Shown in pieces: positions 24,271 to 36,249 of a stretch of DNA of 64,000 bases. A model generated the notes under the pieces. It made no database searches, was not told where the DNA came from, and saw only the letters and a list, made by a program, of their open reading frames with translations. Location of the stretch: positions 103,852,001 to 103,916,000 of the forward strand of contig CM059431.1 in assembly GCA_030390025.1 (NCBI GenBank). The letters run 5' to 3'. A program made the position numbers and the translations under genes. The DNA comes from Squalus acanthias. Taxonomy: Eukaryota. Every line of letters starts with the position of its first letter. Position 1 is the stretch's first letter.

Positions 24271-24584
24271 ACAGAATCCCCACAGTGCAGATAGAGGCCA
24301 TTTTGGCCCATCGAGCCTGCACCGACACATATCCCACCCTATCCCCGTAACCCCACGTATTTAATCCCCCTAACACTAAGGGTCAATATGTTTTTTTTAT
24401 CATAGCCAAATCAACCTAACCCGCACATCTTTGGACTGTGGGAGGAAACTGGAGCACCCGGAGGAAACCCACGCAGACACAGGGAGAATGTGCAAACTCC
24501 ACAGAGACAGTCACCCGGGGCCGGATTCGAACCCAGGTCCCTGGCGCTGTGAGGCAACAGTGCTAACCACTATGCCACCGTGTT
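24271..24584 (-). mobile_element. HE1-type V-SINE
   Basis: Close reverse complement of 13992-14300. Confidence 0.9.
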
Positions 24585-24972
24585 ACATCCAAAGTAATAT
24601 AGGCCTTACGAGCAATATAGAAACCAATCTGATAGCTCGATATAAAACTATACTTTCCACGTCTACTTTCTCTGGATGACACTAAAGGGACAGGAATAGG
24701 ACAGTCAGGACCATTATGTACCAGCTAAAAGGAAATTTGGGCTGTAGTCAGTTTCCAGCACAGCTGCACAACTAAAATGAAATCAACATATAAGGCTCTT
24801 GGCTTAGAATCATCAGATAATCACAGGAAATGTAATGGAGTTCCTTTGGCTGAGTCTATACAGTGAGCAATGAAATGTTTGCTTGCCCACCTGATCCAGA
24901 CACTTAATATGACCATTAGCTGCAGTGCCTCTCAGGATATCCTGAAAAGGGGCTGGGAAGGAGAGCGACCAT

Positions 24973-25767
24973 TAGTAGTGGCTGGGATCGGGAGGATGGG
25001 TAGTGTCTGGGTTCGGGAGAGTGGGTAGTGGCTGGGATCGGGAGGGTGGGTAGTGGCTGGGATCGGGAGGGTGGGTAGTGTCTGGGATCGGGAGGGTGGG
25101 TAGTGGCTGGGATCGGGAGAGTGGGTAGTGGCTGGGATCGGGAGAGTGGGTAGTGGCTGGGATCGGGAGAGTGGGTAGTGTCTGGGATCGGGAGGGTGGG
25201 TAGTGGCTGTGATCGGGAGGGTGGGTAGTGTCTGGGATCGGGAGAGTGGGTAGTGGCTGGGATCGGGAGAGTGGGTAGTGTCTGGGATCGGGAGGGTGGG
25301 TAGTGGCTGGGATCGGGAGGGTGGGTAGTGTCTGGGATCGGGAGGGTGGGTAGTGGCTGGGATAGGGAGGGTGGGTAGTGTCTGGGATCAGGAGGGTGGG
25401 TAGTGGCTGGGATCGGGAGGGTGGGTAGTGTCTGGGATCGGGAGGATGGGTAGTGTCTGGGTTCGGGAGAGTGGGTAGTGGCTGGGATCGGGAGGGTGGG
25501 TAGTGGTGGCTGAGATCGGGAGGGTGGGTAGTGGCTGGGATCGGGAGGGTGGGTAGTGGTGGCTGGGATCGGGAGGGTGGGTAGTGGCTGGGATCGGGAG
25601 GGTGGGTAGTGGCTGGGATCGGGAGGGTGGGTAGTGGTGGCTGGGATCGGGAGGGTGGGTAGTGGTGGCTGGGATCGGGAGAGTGGGTAGTAGTGGCTGG
25701 GATCGGGAGGGTGGGCAGTGGTGGCTGGGATCAGGAGGGTGGGTAGTAGTTTCTGGGATCGGGAGAG
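24973..25767 (+). repeat. G-rich minisatellite, 25-bp unit GGGTAGTGkCTGGGATCGGGAGrGT, ~31 units, some 28 bp
   Basis: Read directly from the sequence. Confidence 0.97.
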
Positions 25768-25847
25768 AGGCCCCAGGTGCGCGGGCATTTTATTTGCGGA
25801 TCGGAGGCATTTCCCCGCGGGAAGCTTCCGACCGCAAATTCAGGGCC
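25768..25847 (-). mobile_element. MITE family B terminus, followed by an L2 piece (25851-25980, minus)
   Basis: Reverse complement matches 4656-4715. Confidence 0.7.
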
Positions 25848-26494
25848 TTTAGTTTTAAGGAGTGTCTTAAAGGAGGAGAGAGAGGCGGAGAGGTTTAGGG
25901 AGGGAATTCCAGAGTTTAGGGCCTCGGCAGCTGAAGGCACGGCCACCAATGGTGGAGCGATGAAAATCGGGGATGTGCAACAAACACGTATCCAAAAGAG
26001 CAGATGATCGCAGCATGCTGAGGTTTAATTCCTGCTTCTTCAGAGTAATAAAGAAACTTGTCTGACCCTATCTTCCTGATGGTGCCATTAATGCTCTTGG
26101 ATTAAGCAATTAAAAGCAAAGAAAAAATACTAAAAATAGAAAAAAAAAATGTAAGATTGTTCAGGCTATTCAGCTTCTTTAAGGTATTTAATTTATGCAA
26201 AGAGAATGAATGTTAGATTCACACGTTATGTACGTGATTAGACCAGGAGTACAGGCTATGATACATTGTTAGACAAGGAGCCCCAGAAGATGGCAGCAGT
26301 GGAGCGAGCATGAGAGCTTGAAGGTGGTGGAGCAACTCAGGACTGTGACTGCTCCTTGAAGCATTGCTTAAGCCCAGTGAACTTCAAATTTCCCCAGCAG
26401 CTGAAGCCACGATGAAAACGTAAAAGGAGTCTCTGCAAAAGCACAAGAAGCGAAGATCCCTTCAGAATATCACCTTCAAGGAATATCATGGAGA

Positions 26495-27055
26495 CAATGT
26501 AGAATCACACAGCGCAGAAGGAGGCCATTCGGCCCATCGTGCCTGTGCCGGCTCTTTGAAAGAGCTCTCCAATTAGTCCCACTCCCCCCCCCTGCCCTTT
26601 CCCCGTAGCCCTGCAAATTTTTCCCCTTCAAGTATTTATCCAATTCCCTTTTGAAAGTTACAATTGAATCTGCTTCCACCGCCCTTTGCAGGCAGCACGT
26701 TCATTACATAAATTTAAAACAGAAATAGACAGTTTCCTAGAAGTAAAAGGAATTAAGGGTTACGGGGAGCGGGCAGGAATTTGGACATGAGTCTAGGTTC
26801 GGATCGGTCATGGCCCTGTGGGTAGCGTAGCGGGCCCAGGGGCCGTGTAGCCTGATCCTGCTCCTATTTCGTGTGTCCAATTCTGTTAGGTTCAGGAGAT
26901 GGTTCTGTGATAGTAGATTGGCGGTTAGGATCAGATCAGCCATGATCTTATTGAATGGCGGAGCAGGCTCGAGGGGCCAATTGGCCTACTCCTGCTCCTA
27001 TTTCTTATGTTCTTATGTTCTTATGTTCCAGATCACAATAACTCACTGCGTAAAA
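26495..27055. mobile_element. CR1 3' end (minus) containing a plus-strand CR1 3' end (26703-27027)
   Basis: FKRELDKYL and FKTEIDSFL motifs in opposite orientations. Confidence 0.8.
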
Positions 27056-27609
27056 AAAGCAGCGATGATGGATGATGGTGGAACAGGCTCGATGATGGAA
27101 GCAAGGCCTTTGACCATTCCTTTACATATCGGGGGTTGGGGGGGTGGGGGGGGTGGTGATAAATGCACTGATGCTATGTGACATCCTGTTTTATACCTCA
27201 GCCTGTATCATTGACTGTGTTCCTCCACTTTACAGTGCTGATGTAGCACGTGCCACACATAAGAAAAATCAACTTTATTTAAGTAATCATTCACCATTAC
27301 ATTGCAAGAGACATTCACTTCACTTAACATGAAAGAAGATTGTCACATCCAATCGCACCTTTCTTAAATATCTTTTCCTTTTGAAAGCTTCATAAGTTTT
27401 CAGACCATTTTCTTACTGCCTGGCAACTTGATATTATAACCCAGTGGCTTGTGTCGGATTTTAGTGTTGCTGAATGTTTTAGCAGTAAGTTATGTTGTAG
27501 GCATGATGACTTCGGTGGAATTCATTAGGTAATCCCCTCGGGGGAAAACTGCAATGGTTTCTGTGTGTGGCAATAACATAAATGCTTTCAAGAAGATTTT
27601 CTCGGGTCA

Positions 27610-28050
27610 TTCATTTGAGACAAGGCCGTTTGCTTGATCAGTTCCCTGCCACTGGACTCAATATCCACCTCCTGCACCTCTGATCCGCTCTGGCTGCAGT
27701 AGGTACCATCTGCACGGTGCAACGTAGCAACTCGCCGAGCTTGCTTTGACCGCACCTTTACAGCCCCGCGACCTCTACCACCAAGAACAACAAGAGCAGC
27801 AAGGTCATGATGAACATCATCACCTCCAACTCCCTCTCCCAAGACCATTTGACTTGGACATATTTTGCCATTCCTTCACCATTGCTGGGTCACAGCTGTA
27901 GACTTCCCTACTGAACAGATGGACGGATTTTTGTTGGGTAAGGGTATCAAGGGATGTGGAGCAAAGGCGAGTAAATGGAGGTGAGGTATGCAATCAGCCG
28001 TGATCTAATAGAATGACAGAGCAAGCTCGAGGGGCTGAATGGCCTACTGA
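27610..28050 (+). mobile_element. Old LINE-B relative (27610-27915) and CR1 3' end
   Basis: Diverged but collinear with LINE-B (GACCTCTACCACCAAGAACAACAAGAGCAGCA). Confidence 0.7.
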
Positions 28051-28784
28051 TAGTTGCAAATCGATCACCCATTATACATCCCGGTGTATAAATCGGGCTG
28101 GGTGTATAAACAGGTGGCCGATCCTCTACCCCTAGTTTTCCACTCCCTCCGCCACCAAAAATGAATATTGAGACTCAGCTCACTGGCCAGACAGTTTACA
28201 CACTGCCAGACAGACGTCTGGGAGCAATGACGAGAAAACAATTGGAATTCAGAGGTCCTTTCAATGGGTACTTATTCCTGTATTTTAAAATATGCTAAAT
28301 TTACCCTGTATTCTTTGTTACTGGCTTAATCCAGTATGGTTTCCGGCATGCTATACCCTTAGTGATCTTTTGCCTATTTTATAGAACTCTGCCCAATATG
28401 ATTTTGGTGACTCATTCATTATTGCTTTGTCAAGTTCTGGCACCAGGCACCTCAAAACAAGTTACCTTCATATGGACTCCATGTTGTTAAGTACATGGAT
28501 TCTCACTTTTCTCTCAAATTACTTTATCTCTTGTTAATGTTTGATCCTCTAGCTCTCTTTCTCTATTAATAGAGGGGTACTGTAAGCTTCTGTCCTCTTT
28601 CCCACTCTGTTCCTCATGATCAATGGTTTCCTTACTTATCCTCCGCTCTTTCTCCGATGATTCCAGTTGGCATTCAGCAACTTCCTTCAGATTGCATGCT
28701 GTAAATGCTCGTGACCTCTGGTCCCCTCAGAGCTGTAGACTATACCATGAGTCTTGGCTCTTTCAATTCTTCAAAGACATAAAA

Positions 28785-29240
28785 AAGAAAGAATTTTCAT
28801 TTATTTAGCACCTTTTCATGACCTCCAGACATCTCAAAGTACTTCACAGCCAATTAAGTAATTGGTGTAGTCTTGCTATTTTGTAATGGAGGGAAATGCG
28901 GTACCAATGTGCATGCAGCAAGCTCCCACAAACAGCAATGAGATTAATGGTCAGATAATCTGTTTTAGTGATGTTGGTTGAGGGATAAATATTGGCCCAG
29001 GACACCAGAGAGGAGCCCACCTGCTCTTCTTCGAATAGTGCCATGGGATCTTTTACATTCACCAGAGAGGCATCAGTTCAACATCTCATCAAAAGACAGC
29101 ACCCCTGAAAGTGCAGCGCTCCCTCAATGGTACACCTGAATGTCAGCCTAGATTATGTGCTCAAGTCTCTGGAGTTGGGTTTGAACTCATGATCTTCTAA
29201 CTCAGAGGCAGGAATTCTACCCCTAAGCCAGTGCTGACAT
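28785..29240 (-). mobile_element. DeuSINE, diverged
   Basis: Collinear with the other copies. Confidence 0.85.
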
Positions 29241-29475
29241 CTAAGGGGTAATAAATGTTACTCCCGAGTACCGTACTGCCAAATCACCCGATAGTCTTTT
29301 TTTTATTTGCTTTCAAATCATTGTAAGAAGAAACGCTTCTGTTTGATGGTTCTACCTTTAGTCTTTCTTAATCTATTGATACTCTCGGCTTCACTTTCTC
29401 CTCTGACCTCAAACGGAACAATCACATCTTCGCCACTGCCAAATGGACCTCCAAGAAGCTTGGTTTTTAAGTCGG

Positions 29476-29637
29476 TCTACAAGATGCACTACAGCAACTC
29501 GCCAAGGCTTCTTCGGCAGCACCTCCCAAACCCACGGCCTCTTCCACCTAGAAGGACAAGGCCAGCAGACGCATGGGAACACCAGCAGTTCCAAGTTCCC
29601 CTCCAAGTCACACTCCATCCTGACTTGGAAGTATATC
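29476..29637 (+). mobile_element. LINE-B fragment
   Basis: YKMHYSNSPRLLRQHLPNP. Confidence 0.85.
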
Positions 29638-29641
29638 AAAG

Positions 29642-30018
29642 GTGTGGACGTCACTGGCAATGCCAGCATTTATTGCCCATCCCTAATTGCCCTTTGATAC
29701 AACTGAGTGGCTTGCTAGGCCATTTCAGAGGGCAGTTAAGAGTCAACTGTGGGTTTGGAGTCATATATAGGCCAGACCAGGTAAGGACAGCAGATTGTCT
29801 TCCCTAAAGGACATTAGTGAACCAGATGGGTTTATTACAACAATTTGATAGTTTCATGGTCACCATTACTGATACTAGCTTTTATTCCAGATTTATTTAA
29901 TTAACTGAATTTAAATTCCCCAGCTGCCGTGGTGGGATTTGAACTCACGTCACTAGATCATTAGTCCAGGCCTCTGGATTACTGGTCCAGTAACATAACC
30001 ACTATGCTACCGTACCCC
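29642..30018 (-). mobile_element. tRNA-derived SINE with LINE-B-type tail
   Basis: A box GGTAGCATAGTGG and B box GAGTTCAAATCCC; tail GGGCAATTAGGGATGGGCAATAAATGCTGGC; second copy at 40619-40843. Confidence 0.85.
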
Positions 30019-30180
30019 CGCATTACAGCTTCCATATTTGAAGAAACTCTTTTTGCACCTCTTTGGGCAGGATAGAAGCAAAAGCTTGTCACCCGATGGG
30101 CAGTCCCTCTCTCACCTTGAGCCACAACCTATCTGCCTCTCTGCCACAATCTTTCTTTTCTTTCTCTATTTTATGAATAC

Positions 30181-30350
30181 TCTCTCTTCTTAGGCAGTCC
30201 CTCGGAACCGAAGATGACTTGCTTCCACATTAAAAATGAGTTCTCAGATGACTGATGAGTCCAATGAGGGACCTACAGTCTCTGTCACAGGTGGGGCAGA
30301 CGGTGGTTGAAGGGACGGGTGGGTGGGGTGCTTGGGTTGACGTGCGCTCC
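30181..30350 (-). mobile_element. RTE 3' end
   Basis: Matches 11785-11955. Confidence 0.9.
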
Positions 30351-30764
30351 GTGATGTATGAATACTACTATGGTAGGCATTCCACTAAAGTTTCTTCACA
30401 TTTCTTCTATGTTGCCCTTCATATTCTTCCTTCTCCCGACAGTCATGCTGTGTTGAAATCAAGACTCATTGTACAGTCTAATATCCTCTTTCTTTCCCAG
30501 GACTTCAAGACTGTGGAGCCCTTTACCTCACTCAGCTTTCCTTTCCTCCTGATTTACATGGAGGCCAACAGAGTTCTGAGAGCAGGAATTATGCCAGGCT
30601 TGTCTTTGGGGGCTTCATGGCTACATTATATCATAGAGTTTCAGGAGGAATTTACATAGTTTAAATGCATGCTTCCGTTCATTTGCATATATTTGAAGTT
30701 GCTAACAAATTGTGTTTTTTCTGGTTTCGGATTTATTCACCAATAAGGAGACTGCAAAGTGCCA

Positions 30765-31175
30765 GTCGTGGCTCTATAGTCCAAAGGTCATAGGTTCAAG
30801 CCTCGCTCCAGTGACGTGAGCACATGATCTCCAGGCCAACACTCCCGGTGCCAGTACTGAGGGAGTGCTGCACTGTCAGAAGCACCAGCTTTCAGATCCT
30901 GCCTGCCTGCCCTCTCAGGTGGATATAAAAGATCCCATGGTACTATCCTGAAGAAGAGCAGTGGAGTTCTCCCCAGTGTCCTGGCCAACAGTTATCCCTC
31001 ATCCCTTTACCAACATCACGAAAACAGTTTGGGGGAGCTTGCTGTGCACAAATTGGCTGCTGCGTTTCCCTACATTACAACAGTGACTGCACTTCAAAAA
31101 AGTACTTCATTGGCTGTAAAGCGCTTTGGGACGTCCTGAGATTGTGAAAGGTGCTGAAGAAATGCAAGTCCTTTT
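30765..31175 (+). mobile_element. DeuSINE, diverged
   Basis: Body and tail similarity. Confidence 0.8.
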
Positions 31176-31844
31176 TTTCTTTTCTCTTTTAAGATCAACC
31201 CTATTGCAAAGGTTGAAGGCCATGCGAATCAAACAGGACAAATCAACATATATTATAAATGCAAAAATAAGACTGAGTCGCTCGGCCTCCGAAGGCTGGG
31301 TAGCCAGAGCTCAGGGGCCGCCTGTGAACCTAGGGTCAAAGGTTAGCCACTCTTGCCACTTGTACCTCTCTGCAGATAAAATAAAAAAACACAAATCTGA
31401 ACTAAAGATAGAAAACATTGAAATCTGCATCAGCATCAATATGGGAAAAACTTGCAGGGCTGTGGGGAAAGAGCAGGGGGGAGTGGGACTAATTGGAGAG
31501 CTCGTTCAAAGAGCCGGCAAAGGCACGATGGGCCGAATGGCCTCCTTCTGTGCTGTATCGTTCTATGATTTTATCTGTAAAGAGAAAGGATAGATTAATG
31601 TTTCGGGTGCACATGCTTCAGTAGAACTCTGTAAATTACTTCTTATCCTTGCACCATTTTCCACAAATGGCTATAAAAGGGGGTGCAAGAAAAAAAATCT
31701 TGCGTCAATGCAACGCTTTTAAAACATATTTTTAAGGAGCATTTCTGCCTGTGTAGCTTTCAATGACTTGAATGACTTGAAGGGGTAATGTCTAAAGGGA
31801 AAATTAATTTGGTAATTTTTTTTTTCATTTAGAAAATTAGCCAT

Positions 31845-32233
31845 CTTTTTTTTTTATTTGTTTATGAGATGTGGGCGTCACTGGCAAGGCCGGCATTTAT
31901 TGCCCATCCCTAATTGCCCTTGAGAAGGTGGTGGTGAGCCGTCTTCTTGAACCGCTGCAGTCCGTGTGGTGAAGGTGCTCCCACAGTGCTGTTAGGGAGG
32001 GAGTTCCAAGATTTTGACCCAGCGACGACGAAGGATCAGCGATATACTTCCAAGTCAGGATGATGTGTGACTTGGAGGGGAACTTGCAGGTGGTGGTGTT
32101 CCCATGCGCCTGCTGCCCTTGTCCTTCTAGGTGGAAGAGGTCATGGGTTTGGGAGGTGCTGCAGAAGAAGCCTTGGCAAGTTGCTGCAATGCATCTTGTA
32201 GATGGTACACACTGCAGCTACGGTGCGCCGGTG
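31845..32233 (-). mobile_element. LINE-B 3' end
   Basis: High identity to the other copies. Confidence 0.9.
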
Positions 32234-33854
32234 ATTAAATAAATCACGATGAAGATCGTTGAAGGGATCGTCACCTTGATGAGACTGACGCTTGACTCTT
32301 TTGTCCGAATGTTTGTTGAACACACTCTTGTAAAGATGGTGCCTCTTTAAGACCCCGTGCATGATTGTTGTGTTGCCACGATTGTCACAGTGAGACACAT
32401 TGCTTTGCGTCCCAACACTGTAAAAATGTTTATTCCACGTCTCGACTCCTTCCTTTTTTATCCCTTCCTCCATTTCCCTCGTCACAAAAAAATGAAAAAG
32501 GAACATTAACGGTGGCATAATATTTTTGAAAATTGGGTCCTGCATTCGTAATGTTTTCAAATGTCAGTCCTTACTGCGTCCTTTAAATCTCGCTTTTTTT
32601 TTGGTTTTGCTTTTTAAGGCAAGGAGCTTTTTTGTTTTTCTGCTGCTGTGAACTTGCTGCCCAAAGGATGAATTATAGACTTCCTTGTAGCTCTGAGGCC
32701 CATGCTTCTCCATTAGCCAGCTTTGGCCACCAACAAAGTTGCTGTGGATGAAACAGCCGACCATTACTTTCTCCAAGGGATGCTCAAGGCTTTGCACAAA
32801 CCACATATAATAAGTCAGGCTAAAGTCTCCGTCTCCCTTGGGACTTAAAAAAGCTGTAACAATAGTCAACAAAGCCTGCTGCGGGGGTCACTTGGAGCAG
32901 ATGTGGAAGCTCCATTTTAAGAGTGGAATATTCTGAAAGCATTCATTAATAAAATATTTCCCTTTTTTTTTCCGCTGAGGCTGTTTTCTTTGTGAGCATC
33001 TTGAAATACATTTAGTCATCGAAGGGCTCATACAACAAAACTCCTTTAGAAGTAGTAAAGGTCAGTAGCTTCTCTGGAGAAAACTCCTACAGAACTGAGC
33101 CTGGGGAAGCAAGAAGGTATTGACCACTAACAGCAGCTGAGTGCAGAAGCAAGACCTTTTTTTTCCCTAAGATTATTAAGCTAATGTCATCTTAAGGCTA
33201 ATGGATCCTTTCCATCAAACATCTGATTAAGTATTGACAACTTCATTTAACTTGCGAATTTGACCTTCCCAGCACTTAACTCCACATCCCTAGAGGTGTT
33301 GGCTGAGCACGTTACTCATTTGTCGATCTGTAAATGTAGCTCTTTCTGCCGATTTATATTCTTTCATTATTGTGCCTTATTCAAATAGAATTTGGGGAGT
33401 TTTCCTCCACGTAAACAGTTACGGGTATAAAAAGAACCAGCTAACCATAATGTTTTAGCATTTAAGAGGAAGCTGGATAAACACATGAGGGAGAAAGAAA
33501 TAGAAGGATATGCTGATAGGGTGAGGTGAAGTAAGGTGGGAAGAGGCTCGTGTGGAGCATAAACACTGGCATGGACCAGTTGAGCAGAATGGCCTGTTTC
33601 TGTGCTGTAAACTCTATGTCATTCTATGTAATGTAATCATTTTTGACACAATTTTCCTTTTTTTAATGCTGTTTTTCTATTTGATCAGTATAATAGTAGG
33701 TTTAGCTTTTTTTTTGAGCTACTGTGCATTGACTCTTAAGATTAATTGATACTTAATCAGTACAAGGGACCAGTTGTATAAAATCACATGGGGGGGTGCG
33801 GGTGGGGTGGCGGTGGGGGAAGATGTTTAACTTGTCACCTGGGTGTAAAACTGG

Positions 33855-34700
33855 CTTGGAGGGGGTGCAGCACAGATTCAACAGAATGATACCAGGTGCT
33901 TAAAGGGTTAAATTATGAGGACAGGTTGCATAAACTTGGCTTGTATTCCCTTATGTTTAGAAGGTTGAGGAGTGGTCTAATTGAGCTATTTAGAATGATA
34001 AAGGGATTTGATAGGATTGGAGAGGTATTTCCTAGATTATTTTCCCCAGATTAGCCAGGGTTTTCTATCTGTTTTTTTCGCCCGCCCAGGAGATCCCATG
34101 GCTGCGGGTGGGGTGGGGAGTGTATATATTGCAATACACAAGGTATCGCAATTGTGTGAGACAGGCTGGATGGACCAGAGGGTCTTTACCTGTCCCTCTT
34201 TGTTCGTATGTTTGTATAACACAAAGAAACTATTTCCTCTGGTGGGGGAATCCAGAACAAGGGGGTGCAATGACGAGGCCATTCATGAGTGAAATCACGA
34301 AGCACTTTTTCACAAAAAAAAGGGTAGGGGGAAATCAGCATCTCGCTCCCCCAAAAGGCTGTGGATGCTGGGTCCATAAGAATTTTCAAGGCAGCGATCG
34401 ATCGATATTTGTTGGTTAAGGGTATCAAGGGATATGGAGCAAAGGCAGGTAAATGGAGTTGAGGTACAGATCAGCCATGCTCTATTTGAATGGCTGGAGT
34501 TGAGGTACAGATCAGCCATGCTCTATTTGAATGGCTGGAGTGGAGGTACAGATCAGCCATGCTCTATTTGAATGGCTGGAGTGGAGGTACAGATCAGCCA
34601 TGCTCTATTTGAATGGCTGGAGTGGAGGTACAGATCAGCCATGCTCTATTTGAATGGCAGAGCAGGATCGAGGGGCTGAATGGCCTACTCCTGTTCCTAT
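33855..34700 (+). mobile_element. CR1 3' part with an inserted CR1-type UTR (34010-34217) and an internal tandem array
   Basis: GVQHRFNRMIPG, KLGLYSL; CR1 3' UTR. Confidence 0.8.
34454..34658 (+). repeat. 5 x 41-bp tandem repeat of a CR1 3' UTR segment
   Basis: TGGAGTkGAGGTACAGATCAGCCATGCTCTATTTGAATGGC x5. Confidence 0.97.
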
Positions 34701-35867
34701 GCGGCAGATTGGCCACTCGTTATAGGAACCGCTTGATTGTTATTCCCATTGAGATCAATAGAAAAGAAAATCAGGCAGTTTCTATATAAGGGCGGCTGAT
34801 CCAAATATTTGTATTTTCCAAAAGGCATAGATGGCTGTACCAGCACAGTAATGAATAAGTAAAAATCAAGCTTTTGTTACCAGTAAGACAGTGAGAACAA
34901 TCACCAAATCAGACTGGATTTGAATTAGGCTAATTTGGTTTTATTCCAGCATTTTATATTTTTGGTTGAACATTCCTGAATACTGTGGTTTTAAGATACA
35001 AATATGCCTTTTTTTTTTAAATTGGTGATGATACATTTTTTTCATATAAAATATTTACCTTAAACCTAGGATGGAGTTTATTGGACAGAGTGACTTCAAA
35101 GGTACGTGTATAAATTTCTGACAGTTGGTATAATCTGGGTCCCGAATGGTCCATTCAGAGTTATACATCATATCCAGGGCAATCTAACGGATTCATGCAT
35201 AGAATCATAGGACCAGGAGGAGGCCATTCAGCCCCTCGAGCCTGTTCCGCCATTCAATTAGATCGCGGCTGATCTGTATCTTAACTCCATCTACCCGCCT
35301 TGGCTCCCCAGCTTGTTCCTAACAATGTTTCATAGTTTTCAAAGCCTCTAACATCCTCCCCTCAACCTTCTCTGATCATTAAAAAAAAAAGCCCTGTGTA
35401 AATGTTTCCCTTTGTGAATTCAGCTGGCCATCCCTGCAATGATTTCCATATTTAAAATTATGGAATTATTTATTACATCGCATTCAGAAATAAAATAAAA
35501 ACTCGTAAAAAATATTTATGTCAACTACTACATAACTGTTCAGAATATTAATGATTAAAATATATAGGAACAGTGTTTGAAGAACATTTTTTGACATTAT
35601 TTGCACAGGGCTGGTTTCTCAACACTGAAAGGTCAATGCTGAAAGAATTCTTTACATGGTCACATATATTGGCCACTGTGGGCTTGAATACTGAGCTAAC
35701 AACCCACGTATTAGCATTCAGAGGAGTAAAGGAAGATGTGACCGGCAACACTGGAGATATGAAAGGAATGGAGCGATTTCCTGACCAGTGTGGCAGGAAG
35801 AGTAACTGCACAGACAAACCCATCCACCCACTGCACTTACGCAAATTGTATACAGTTACTCAATATA

Positions 35868-36075
35868 GGTTGGAAGTATATCGGCCGTTCCTTCATCGTC
35901 GCTGGGTCAAAATCCTGGAACTCCCTCCCTAACTGCACTGTGGGAGTACCTTCACCTCACGGACTGCGGCGGTTCAAGAAGGCGGCTCACCACCACCTTC
36001 TCAAGGGGCAGTTAGGAACGGGCAATAAATGCTGGCCTTGCCAGTGATGCCCACATCCCATGAATGAATAAAAAA
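35868..36075 (+). mobile_element. LINE-B 3' end
   Basis: SKSWNSLPN...HHHLLKG plus UTR. Confidence 0.9.
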
Positions 36076-36249
36076 ATATTATTGGCCCAAACTCACAGTG
36101 TCGAGGGCATTATGAATCACCAAAGTATTTTTCTAGGATACTTTGAGTGAACAGCCAGTACCACTGTGACTGATACCACCCTATATCAATGGTACCAGAC
36201 TTGTTGAGTTCAATGGTGCCTGATCTGGTGAAGGAACCTGCTACGAGTT

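Noticed and set aside
24916..25788. 290-aa Pro/Thr-rich ORF
   Set aside because: It is the translation of the C-rich strand of the minisatellite.
30480..30660. Strong acceptor TCTTTCTTTCCCAG followed by an open frame
   Set aside because: No clear donor and the peptide is unrecognised.
34454..34658. CRISPR-like array
   Set aside because: Head-to-tail units with no spacers, CR1-derived, eukaryotic context.
35548..35867. Overlapping ORFs on both strands in unique DNA
   Set aside because: No recognisable protein and no convincing splice-site pair; the plus ORF runs into LINE-B.
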